64,000 nt of DNA from Scenedesmus sp. PABB004 (Eukaryota): NCBI GenBank assembly GCA_014905635.1, contig JABVCE010000034.1, positions 62,001 through 126,000 on the forward strand. The letters run 5' to 3'. A model generated the notes under the pieces. The model saw only the letters and a list, made by a program, of their open reading frames with translations, was not told the origin of the DNA and ran no database searches. The translations under genes were made by a program, and so were the position numbers. Of this stretch, positions 50,632-60,477 are shown in pieces (positions within the stretch are counted from its first letter, which is position 1; the number at the start of each line of letters is the position of its first letter).

Positions 50632-51999
50632 ATGGTGCAGGTGCGGGCGCCGCCGGCCGCCGCGGCCGCCGGACAGGCGTCCTGGATGCCAGCCCCACCC
50701 CAGGCCGGCGCGGCCGCAGGTGTACGCGGAGCCGCTGTGCCGGCGGCACCACGCAGGCGCGCTGTCGGCGGCGGCGGCGTTCCGCGTCGGCGCGCGCGCC
50801 GCGGCGGTCGTGGTGGCCTTCCTGGTGGCCTTCAGCACCGGCGGGTTCTGGGTCAAGGTCCGACACGAGGTGGCGCAGCCGACGGTGCACTACAGCGGCG
50901 ACGCGCTGCTCGTGCTCGAGGTGCGCGCGCGCTGGCCGGCGGCCGGCGGCGGCGCGGCGGGCCGGCAGACCGGCCTGGACGCCGCCGCGGCCGCCGCTGC
51001 CTGCTGCCGCCGCCGCAGAGCCTGATGCCCGGCCAGGAGCTCGTGTGGACCACGTCGCCGGCGCTGGCCGCCGCGCTGCCGGCCAACACGCTCTCCGCGG
51101 CCGTGCAGGTGCGCGCCCTCCGCGACAGCGCGCGCGCCGCGCCCCCGCTGCGCCCCGCGGCGCCGCCCGGCGAGCGCCGCCGCCCAGCCCTGTGCTGCCC
51201 CTGCCCTGCCCTGCTGCCGCGCCGGCGGCGCGCAGGTGGGGGAGGAGGACGGCAACCACGACGGCAAGCCCGACCTCATCCGCTTCACCGCGCGCGTGCG
51301 CAGCCCCGTGCCCGTGCACTCCTGCAAGCTGCTGCTGCAGTTCACCTACGCGCTGCAGGCGCGCCGCCGCCGCCTCGTGCAGCGCGTGCTCCGAACGCCG
51401 CGCGCGCGCTGACCGCCCGGCCCGCCCGCCGCGCAGGGCGCGGCGCGGCTGCGCATGCACGGCCTCGCCTACCTGTCCGCGGCCTCGCCCCTGCCGGGCG
51501 CCGGGTTCTCGGCAGACGGCCAGGCGCGCGGCGCGCAGCGCGGCCGACGCGCCGACCGCGGCGGCTGCCGACGCCCGCCGCGCCGCGCCCGCGCCGCGCC
51601 GCCCCGCAGCTGCTGCTGCAGCAGGCGTCGCCGCTGCCGGCGGGGGCGGTGCTGGTCGCGCCGGACAAGCCGCTGCCAGACGGTGCCGGCGGCCCCGGCG
51701 CGCTCGGCGGCGAGGCGGCGCTGGACCTGGCCGCGCTGCTGCGGTCATACCAGGCGCGCAACGCCACCACGGTCTTTGCCAACCACTACGGCGTGTGGAA
51801 GGTGCGGCAGCGCGGCGCCCGGCGCGGGCGGGGCGTCCACCTGGGCGCACCAGGCGCGGTGCTCGGCTGGCCACGCTCACCCGCCGGCGGTGCCGCCGCG
51901 GGCAGGCGGGCTCGGGGCAGGACTTTGTGGTGGATGCGACGGTGCGGCTGCCCAGCCAGGTGATCACGTACAGGTGCGGCGGCGATGCACGCGCGCTGT

Positions 52000-52030
<31 letters not shown>

Positions 52031-52270
52031 GGCGGACGCGCCGCCGGCACGCGCGCGCTGGGCGGGCGGCCCGCCGGCCCAGCCGCCGCCGCCGCCGTGG
52101 CGTGCAGGCCGGGGCCGTCCGAGATGCTCAAGTGGGGCTGGGTGCAGTTTGTGGCCACCTGGTGGGCGGTGTGGGCCTTTGGCGGCGCGCTGGAGGGGGT
52201 GGTCCTGCGCTACCGGCTGCTCGAGACGCGCGTGGTCAGCGACGCGCAGCCGCGCCAGCAGCGCTTCTGA
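50632..52270 (+). CDS. TMEM231: TMEM231 ciliary transition-zone (MKS module) protein
   Basis: VYAEPLCRRH, TM1 then GGFWVK..EVAQPTVHY, EEDGNHDGKPD, LRMHGLAY, ITY|RPGPSEMLKWGWVQFVA (TM2). Confidence 0.9.
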
Positions 52271-52384
52271 GCTCGAGCCCGGGCGCAGCGAGGGGAGCGG
52301 CAGCACAGCCCGGCAGGCTGCCGGCGGCTGCGACATGGCCAGCTGGCGGCGCGCGAGGGGGCGGGGCGCGCGCGCAACGTCGAG

Positions 52385-52394
52385 TGTTGCAACA
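52385..52394. terminator. Palindrome TGTTGCAACA giving TGCAA (TGTAA variant) on both strands
   Basis: Lies in the 180-bp gap between the convergent TMEM231 and SOUL stop codons. Confidence 0.45.
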
Positions 52395-52450
52395 TCGCAC
52401 GCACGAGCAAGCGCCCTAGCTCGCACAACGCACAGACGCGCCCCGCCGCC

Positions 52451-54158
52451 TCACGCCTTGACCTCGAACACCACCTCGTTCACGCGCTGCCAGCCGTAGG
52501 CTGCGCGTGGCGGCGGCGGCGACGGCGTGAGCGCGCGGCGAGGCGGCCGGCGCGGCGCGGGCAGTGCGGCAGTCCGCCCGGCTGCTGCGCGGCAGCGCGT
52601 CTCTCACTGAAGGGCGGGAAGTACTGGTACAGGCGCAGCTCGCCCGCCGGGGACAGGCCCTCCGCCTGCCACGCGCGCGCGCGACGCACCGCGGCGGCGG
52701 CCGGTCAGCAGGCGGGCGCTTGGGCGCGCGGCGGCGGCGCGGCCGGGGCCGCCGCGGCGCGCGCACCGCCAGCAGCGCCAGCAGCTCGCGCTTCTTCTCC
52801 TCGACGACGCGGCGGTCGCGCACGTGGCCGCGCCAGCGCAGCACCGCCGCGGTGTGCCCCGGCACCTCGCGCACGCGCACGTCGGGGTTGTTGGGCTTGG
52901 GCAGCGTCGCCGCGGTGAACCTGCACCGGCGGCGGCGGCGTCGGCGGCGCGTGGGCCGGCCGCGCTGCGCCCGTCTCCCACCCCCGGCCGCTGCGGCCCG
53001 CTGGCCGCGCCCCGCCTCCCGCTCACTTGCTGGGCATCACAAAGCTCATGCGCACGTCGCCCGCCGCGTCGGCGGGCAGCGCCTCCGTGCCCGCCTGCGG
53101 GAGCGACGGCCGCGCGGCGGCGGCCGCTCAGGCGTGCGCGCGGCGCCGCACCCGCGCGCCCCCGGCAGCGCGGCGCGGCGCGGCGCACCATGTCCATGAC
53201 CACCGGCGACGTCATCGCGATCGCCTGGCTGCCCGGCGCCTTGCGGCCCTTGCCGCCGCCCGCCTGCAGCGGCGCGGCGCCGCCGTCGGCCGCCCCGCCC
53301 GCGCCGCCGCCGTCGGCCGCCCCGCCCGCGCCGCCGCCGTCGGCCGCCTCGCCCGCGCCGCCCCGCCCCCGCCGCGGCCACCCCGCGCCGCCCCGCCCGC
53401 GGCCGCCCCCCACGCACACACACGCACACCTGCATCACCACGGGGCTGGTCATGGCAATCTTCTCACCGCTGGCGCCGGGCGCGGCGCCGGGCGGGGAGT
53501 TGTTTCCAAAGATGAAGTTCGCGATGGCCCTGCGGGTGGCGGCGGCGGCGGTGGTGCAGCGCGGCGGCCGCCGCACGGCTCACCCCGCGCGCGCGCGTGC
53601 TGGCGGCGTGCACGCGCGCGCACGCCGCCGCGCGCGTCGCGGCGCGCCTGAAGCCCGCCGACGACGCCTCGCGCATCGTGCCGCTCACGGCGACCTCCGC
53701 GATGAGCATCGGTGCATACTGCCGCAGCTCCGCCGGCGACTGCCCGCTCCACCAGCTGCGGCGGCGGCGGTGCGGCGGCGGTCGGCGCGAGGGGGGCGGC
53801 GCGGCGGCGCCACGCCCGCGCGCGGCCGGCGCGCGCGCCTGCGCTTGCTGCCGAGCGGCCGAATGACAGAATACTTGGGCTTCTCGCACTTGGAGACTTC
53901 CCACCTGGTCGGGGCGGCCAGGTTGCGGCAGGCCAGGCCGCGGTGGGGGGCCGTGGGCGGCGCGACAGCAGCAGCGCGCGGCGACAGCGCGCGGCGCCGC
54001 CGAGCGACCGCGCCGCGCAGCAACGCCGAGCCGCGGCAGTCGCGGCCAGGGGCGCAATTGGGTCAGGCGCGCACACACCAGATGCCGACAGGCCAGAGCA
54101 CGGCCGCGCCGCCGACGACGCTGCCCACCACGACCAGCGCTTTCGCCCACGCCTCCAT
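52451..54158 (-). CDS. SOUL heme-binding family protein with N-terminal membrane anchor
   Basis: EKPKYSVI, ELRQYAPMLIAEV, GFR|AIANFIFGNN, two IAMTSPVVM motifs, MSFVMPSK|FT..TLPKPNNPDV, YFPPF...RVNEV. Confidence 0.92.
53279..53362 (+). repeat. 27-bp intronic tandem repeat x3
   Basis: GCCGCCGTCGGCCGCCCCGCCCGCGCC repeated in a SOUL intron. Confidence 0.75.
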
Positions 54159-54429
54159 TCTGTCCCGCCGATTGGTTCCTGGCGAGCGGTGTGAGCGGAG
54201 GCAGCTCTGGAGCAAGCTCGGGGCGTTTCGGACCGCGCCGGCGGCGGGGCTCAGTCGGCGGTGCAGCGCGTCGCACGCCGGCTCGCCGCTCGGTGCAGCG
54301 CGCAGACTCCTTCCCCCTGCCGCTTCAGCCCAGAAGCCCCTGGGGCTCTCTCTTTCTGCGCCCCAGCGCACCCGCCGGCCGGCGCACGAGCAGCGAGCGG
54401 CGCGCGCGCGGCAGCAGCAGCGGCGCCGG

Positions 54430-55884
54430 ATGGCCGGCGGCGGCGAGGAGGGCCCCATCGACGTGCAGGTCGTGGGGGATCACGGCCTTGTGTGGCGCGT
54501 GGAAGGTGGGCGGCAGCAGCAGGCAGCGGTGGCGGCCGCGGCACCAGCGGCGGCGGCGAACGCGCAGCAAGCCGCGCTGCCGCCGGCCGCCGGCACTCAG
54601 TCAGGCCTCTGTTTATCGCACCGACCGCCGCAGACGTGCTCAGACTGCGCACGCAGCACCGCCTGGTGGGCAGCATGGTCGGCGCCGTCGCAGGTGCGCT
54701 TGGGCGCGCGCTGCAGCGGCCGAGCGGCGGCCGCCGCGCGGCGGCCGAGCGCCGCCGCCGCCGCCGCCGCGGCCCGCCGCACGCCGGCAGGCTTCACGCA
54801 GCAGGTGGCGGTGGGCGGGCTGCCGCTGCAGCTCGCACCGGAGGAGGTGGCGCTGGCGCTGGCGCACGGTGCGGCGCGGAGCTGGGGGCCCGCGGTCGCC
54901 GCGCGGGCCGGCGCGCGCCGACGGCCCCGACCCCGTGCCCCGCCACCCCGCCGCCCGGCCGCCCGGCAGGCTGGGTGCGGCTCCACACCGCGGCCGTCGA
55001 CGTGCCGACCGCGCGCGGCGCGGCCGCGGCGGCCGCGGCGGCAGAGGCGCAGCGGGCGCTGACACTTGGCGGCGCGACGCTCGGCGCTGCGGGCGCTGCG
55101 GGCGAGCAGGAGCAGCAGCAGCAGGACGAGGAGGAGTGTTATGACGAGTACTATGCAGCATACTACGGCCTCCCGCCGCCGCAGCAGCAGGCGCAGCAGG
55201 TGCAGCAGCAGGAGCAGCCGCAGCAGGAGCAGCCGCAGTTGCAGCAGCAGGCGCAGCAGGAGCGGGCGCCCTGGCTGGCGGCGCTGGCGGGCGGGCAGGC
55301 GTTCGAGGTGCCGCTCACGGTGCAACAGCAGCCCGAGGCGCCGGGTGCGGGGCGCCGCGGCGCGGGGCGGCACTGCGCCCCGGCCACGGCTGCGCCCGCT
55401 CACGGCCCCTCACGGCCTCCGCCCCCTGCCCTCAACCGCAGGCGGCGCCGGCGGCGGCGGCGCGCTGCGCCCGCTGCCGCCGGCCGACTGGCCCTGGCCG
55501 GCGCGGCGCGGCGCGGGCGCGCGCGCGGCGGTGTTTGCCGACCTGCATGGCCGCGGCTACACGCTCAGCTGCGGGTCCAAGTTTGGCGGCGACTGGCTGG
55601 CCTATCCCGGGGACCCCCACCTCTTCCACGCGCAGTTTGTGGTGCGCCTCGCCGGCCCCGCCGGGCCGGGCGGGTGGGCGCCGGCCGCGTTTGCCGCGCT
55701 GTGCCGCGGCGTGCACGCGGCGCGCAAGCACCTGCTGCTCGCGGCGCCCGCGGGCGAGGCGCCCCGCGGCGGCGCCGCCGGCTGGACCGATGCGCCGGCG
55801 CTGCTGGCGCCCGGCGGCGGCGGCGGGGGCGTGCGGTACATCCTCGTGCCCCGCGCCGGCGGCGTGGACGGCGGCGGCGACTAG
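54430..55884 (+). CDS. TSEN34: tRNA-splicing endonuclease catalytic subunit SEN34
   Basis: LVWRVE|DVLRLRTQHRLVG, GLPLQLAPEEV, VFADLHGRGYTLSCGSKFGGDWLAYPGDPHLFHA, ARKHLLLA (Tyr/His/Lys triad present). Confidence 0.92.
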
Positions 55885-56249
55885 CGAGCGCGCGCGGAGC
55901 AGCGACAAGCCCAGTGAACCGTGGTGACGCCGGCCACGGGCCGGCTGCGAGCAGACGGGGGTGCCTCCATGGGCGTCAGTAGGCTTCCCAGCGGGCGCCG
56001 GGCGGCGGCTGGCGCGCCCGCTGGCAGTGCCGGGGTCTGCGAGCGTTGCACCGCCAGCGGTCCGCCGCCGCCGTCAAAACCACGTCCGGGCACGGCGCGC
56101 CAGCTCCGTGTGCCCGTCTGCGATCACGGCAGTTCGGGAGAGCGCACGCGCTGCAGCACACGCCCGCCAAAGCGTGAGTTTCGTAAGCTGCTCACAACAC
56201 AGCACCCGCCGCGCCCGCCGCGCCGGCCCAGGGGACCAGGGAGCTCCCC

Positions 56250-58861
56250 ATGGCGTCCCACGCGGCGCTGCGCGCGGCGCGGCGCGCCGCCGCTGCGGGC
56301 GCGCCGGCAGCGGCGACCGCGAGGGAACGCGGCCCGCGCGTGGCCTGGCTGCTCCTGCTGCTGCTGGGCTGCGAGCTGCACCACGGCGTGGCCGCGGCGC
56401 GCAGCTCGGAGCAGCCGCACTACGGCAGCGGCGAGCCGGGGCCGGCGGGGGCCTGGCTGCGGCGACGCCTGCAGCAGCAGGCGAGCTCGCCCGCCCCGCC
56501 GCCGGCGGGCGCCGCCGACGCGGCCAGCAGGTCTGGCCTCACCTACCCAGCAGGTGCGCGGCGCGGCGCGGCAGCCCCGCGCTGGCCGGCGCGGCAGCGG
56601 CCGGCCGCCAGGCGGGCGCGCCGCGACTGACCTGTCTGCCCCGCGCCGCGTGCTGCCGCAGCGCCCCGCTCCGGGTCGCGGCCGTCGTGCGAGTGCCCGG
56701 CGGGTCCCAGGGGCCCCATCGGCGCGACCGGGCCGCCAGGTGCGGGCGGCTCGAGGCCGGGGTGGGCGGCAGTGGGGGCAGCGCCGCGCGCGCCGCGCGC
56801 GCCGCGCGCGCCGCCGACGCCACGCCGCCCGCCGCGCAGGCGAGACGGGGCCGCGCGGAAGGCCGGGGCCTGAGGGACCACGCGGGTGCGTGCTCGCGAG
56901 CCGCGCACTCGCTGCAGGGCGCGCGGCGCGGGCGGGGCAGGGGGTCCCCTGAGCTGCCGCTCACGCGCCGCGCCCGCCGCCCGCGCGCGCAGGCCTCCGG
57001 GGCAGGGCCCGCAGGGGCCGCAGGGCCCCGGGGACCCGCCGGCCCGCAGGGAGAGAAGGGCCCGGCAGGAGGGCCGCCAGGTGCGCGGGGGCGGCGCACC
57101 GGCGTGGGCGGCGGGCGCGGAGGCCAGCCTGCGGCAGCGGCCTGACCGCCCGCCCCCGTTCCGCTCGCTGCGCAGGCCCCGCCGGCCCGCAGGGAGAGAC
57201 GGGCAGCCGGGGCCCGGCGGGCCCGACCGGCCCCACCGGCCCCGCCGGCCCAACCGGCCCGGCCGGCCCCCAAGGTGAGCTTGTCACAGCCCGCGCGCAC
57301 GCCGCCGCGCTCGCACGGCCGCGCCGCCCGCATCGCGCGTCGCCGGCCGGCCTCACCCGCGCCCCGCCCGGTGCTGCTCCGCCACGCCGCGCGCAGGCAC
57401 GGAGGGCACGTGCGCGCCGGGTGCGTGCGACCCTGCCAACATCACCGCCACGGTTGTCGCCACGCTGCTGAACCTGACCAACAACGGCACAAACCTCCAG
57501 CCCCTGCCAGGTGGGCAGACACTGCCGCCGCTGCTGCCGCCGTGCACACGCGCGCGCACGGGCCTGCCGTGCAGGCCGCCGACGCCCGCGCCCCGCGCCC
57601 TGCGCCCCGCGCCCCGCGCCCCGCGCCCCGCGCCGCCGCGCGCAGGCGGCAACCAGTCCTTCCAAGGGGCAACCATCACGCTCAGCGCCAGGCGCGCACA
57701 CGGGCGCTGCCGCGGCGGCGGTGCGCCCCCGCCCGGCCGCGCCGAACCGCGCCGCCGACCCCCCGCCCCGCCGCCTCCGCGCAGCGTGGTCGGCGCCAAC
57801 GCGACGAATGTCACGCTCAACGCGACCACCATCACGCTCAATGCTACAAACATGACGCTGAATGCGACCAACGCCACGCTCAATGCGACCAACATCACGC
57901 TCAACGCCAGGTGCGCCCTCCGCGAGGCGCGGCCCAGCGCGCGGGCTGCGCACGCCGCCCGCGCGCGCGTCGGCAGGCCCGCGCCAACCGCCGCCGCGCC
58001 GCCGCGCAGCACGGTCAGCGCCAACGCGACCAACTTCACGCTCAACGCCAGGTGCGCGCGGGGCGCCGCGGCGGCCCCGCGCTCGCTCCGCGCGCCGGCA
58101 ATCGGCGCGCGCTCCCGCCGGCCGCCGACCGCTGCGCGCCCGCCGCCCGCGCAGCTGGGTGGACGCGAACGCGACCAACGTGACCATCAACGGCAGCGCG
58201 CTCATCTACATCAATGGCACGTCCAATCTCACGCTCAATGCGACCAACATGACCGCCAATGCGACCAACATAACCATCAACGCGAGCACGCTAAACACCA
58301 CCAACACCACCATCATACTCGGCCCAAATACGACGCTCATAGACAACAGCAGCCTACCGACGGTCTTCGGTGCGCGCCCGGGGCACCGCCGTCGCCGCGA
58401 GCCCGCGCGCCCCGCCGCGCCGCGCGCCCGTGCGCCCGCGCGCCGCGCGCCCGTGCGCCCGCGCGCCGCGGCCGACCGCGCCCGCCCCCACCCGCGCGCG
58501 CGCAGGGGTGCGGTGCCACGCGATGTTCCGGGGCACCGTGAACCAGACCGACCTCGCGGTCGGACGAAACCAGCCCAACACGAGCCCCTACTTTGCAGTC
58601 GCAAAGATGCCGGGCGCGTGCGGCGACAACGCGACGCTCGTCGGCGGCGGGTGCGAGCTGCTATGCATCAATGCGGCCGACTACGAGCGCGTGATGCTGA
58701 CACGAAATATAGTCGTCCCCGGCACGGTGCGGTTCAGCGAGTCCGACGGCTTTGGCAGCATGGTCGACTGCGGCGCGAGCTACTATTCGACCAATGCCAC
58801 GACAGGGCCCTGCTTCCTGCGCGCGACGCCCTTCTGCTGCCGCCGCCTGCCCGTGACGTGA
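56250..58861 (+). CDS. Secreted collagen-like protein with NATNxTL heptad repeats and Cys-rich C-terminal domain (11 exons)
   Basis: Hydrophobic signal/anchor VAWLLLLLLGC, RRRLQQ motif, ~30 Gly-X-Y triplets over four exons, >30 N-x-S/T sequons, C-terminal ACGDNATLVGGGCE...ATPFCC. One 1-nt indel in the CCCC run at ~57026-57029. Confidence 0.85.
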
Positions 58862-58908
58862 GCGGAGGGTGGGGCAAGGCTGGCGGCGCGGGGGAGGGCG
58901 GGGCGGGG

Positions 58909-58985
58909 GCGGAGGGCGGGGCGGAGGGCGGGGCGGAGGGCGGGGCGGAGGGCGGGGCGGAGGGCGGGGCGGAGGGCGGGGCGGG
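58909..58985 (+). repeat. 12-bp tandem repeat (GGAGGGCGGGGC) x6 in 3' UTR, G-quadruplex-prone
   Basis: Seen directly. Confidence 0.9.
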
Positions 58986-59813
58986 GCGGTGGGTGTGCTG
59001 GCTGGCGTGTGTGGAGTGGGGGCCAGGGCTATTTCATTCGGCAGCGACCCGCGACCGGCGCTGCCGCGAGCACACAGACAAGATGACAGGCGCTGCGGCC
59101 ACGGCGGCGGCGGCGATGGCGCCCTGCGGCGCCGCGCTGTGCGCCCGGCACGCCGCCTGTGTGCCACGACTGTCGCGTGACTGACGCGCCTCTCACTCCC
59201 CCGTGTCGCGCGTCCGCGTGCATGACTCTCTGTTTGACCCCGACCTGCGACACTGCCGACACACACACAACACAAACCCAACTGTGACGCAGCGATGCGC
59301 GGCCCGCTCCGGCGGGCCGGCCCCGCGTGATGGATGATGGCCGGGCCGTGTGCACGCGACCCGTGTGCGCTGCAGAGTGCGTGACCGTTGATTGTTGTAC
59401 AACCACACTTGCTTGACCCAACCAACCCAATGGCTGCTTGTGTGTGAGGGGAGCGGCGGCACCACGTTATTGTGTGGCCTGCGCCCCGAGTGTGGCGTGC
59501 GCGCGGCGGCCCGCGATCGGCGGCGGCGCGAGCCTGACCAGCCTGGCCCGCCGCCTACGCGAGCGGGGGCTGCGGCGGACCGCCCAGCGCTGGTCTTTAG
59601 CTTCCTGGTGCGTCGTGGGGGGCTGGCGGTCGCTGCCCAGGGCCGGCGCACTGCGGCCGGCAGCTGCAGAGGCGGCGGCGGTGCAGCGACGGCGGCGGCT
59701 TGGGTTTGCGCCGCGCCGAGGTCCCCGGTAACTCCTCCATCCGCCCCATCACGTCAGGCGCTCTCGTCGGCCGCGCGCGCCAGCAACAGCAGCAGAGCGG
59801 CGGCAGCAGCAAG

Positions 59814-60250
59814 ATGGCGGGCGGGCAGCAGCTGCGGCGCTACCTGGACGAGGCGCAGCGGCTGGTGGCCGAGTACGGCAAGGTGGGCCAGCGGGGAGCG
59901 CTGGGATGGGCGAATGGCGCGCACGCGGGCAGCGGCAGCGAGAGCAGCAGCAGCGGGCGAACGCCGCCGCCGGCGGCGGCGGCGGCGCCAGCAGCAGCGT
60001 GCCCCACAGCCGCCCCCTCCCCCTCTGCCGGCGCCGCCCGCCAGCACGTGCGGCCGCTGCCGCGCGAGCTCCGACGCCGCCGCCCGCCGCCGCCCGGCCG
60101 CCCTGCCGCCCGCTGCTCCCCCGGCCCCGGGCGCCGCGACGCGTCGCGCAGCCGCTGGTGCACTACGGCTTCATCCCCGCCATCATCCTGGCGGGCATGC
60201 TGCTCACCAAGCCGCGGCCGACCGTGGGGCAGCTGCTTTTCATGGGCTAG
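59814..60250 (+). CDS. TOM7: Mitochondrial import receptor subunit TOM7 (2 exons)
   Basis: MAGGQQLRRYLDEAQRLVAEYGK|PLVHYGFIPAIILAGMLLTKPRPTVGQLLFMG with the hallmark HYGFIP. Intron 59883-60151. Confidence 0.9.
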
Positions 60251-60477
60251 GCCGCGCGCGGTGGCGCGGCGGCGGCGCGGCGCTGCTGCAGGCGCAGCGC
60301 GCCGCGCGCGCGTCGGGCCGCCGGGCTGCGGCGGGGGCGCGGCTCCAGCGGGCGCGGGGCCGGGGGGGGGGGCTCAGTGGAGGGGAGCGGGCCTGTGAAC
60401 GACTTGCACGTGCGCGCCGCCGCCGCCGCCGCCGCCGCCGTCCGTGCGCCGCGCCCCGACCGGCCTCGGCGCCCCCG

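Noticed and set aside
53190..53460. Duplicated IAMTSPVVM motif in the SOUL protein
   Set aside because: Repeated IxMTxPV motifs are already known in plant and bacterial SOUL proteins.
770..57029. Programmed ribosomal frameshifting or mass pseudogenisation
   Set aside because: All breaks lie in short G/C homopolymers with no slippery heptamer or other decay, so sequencing error is more parsimonious.
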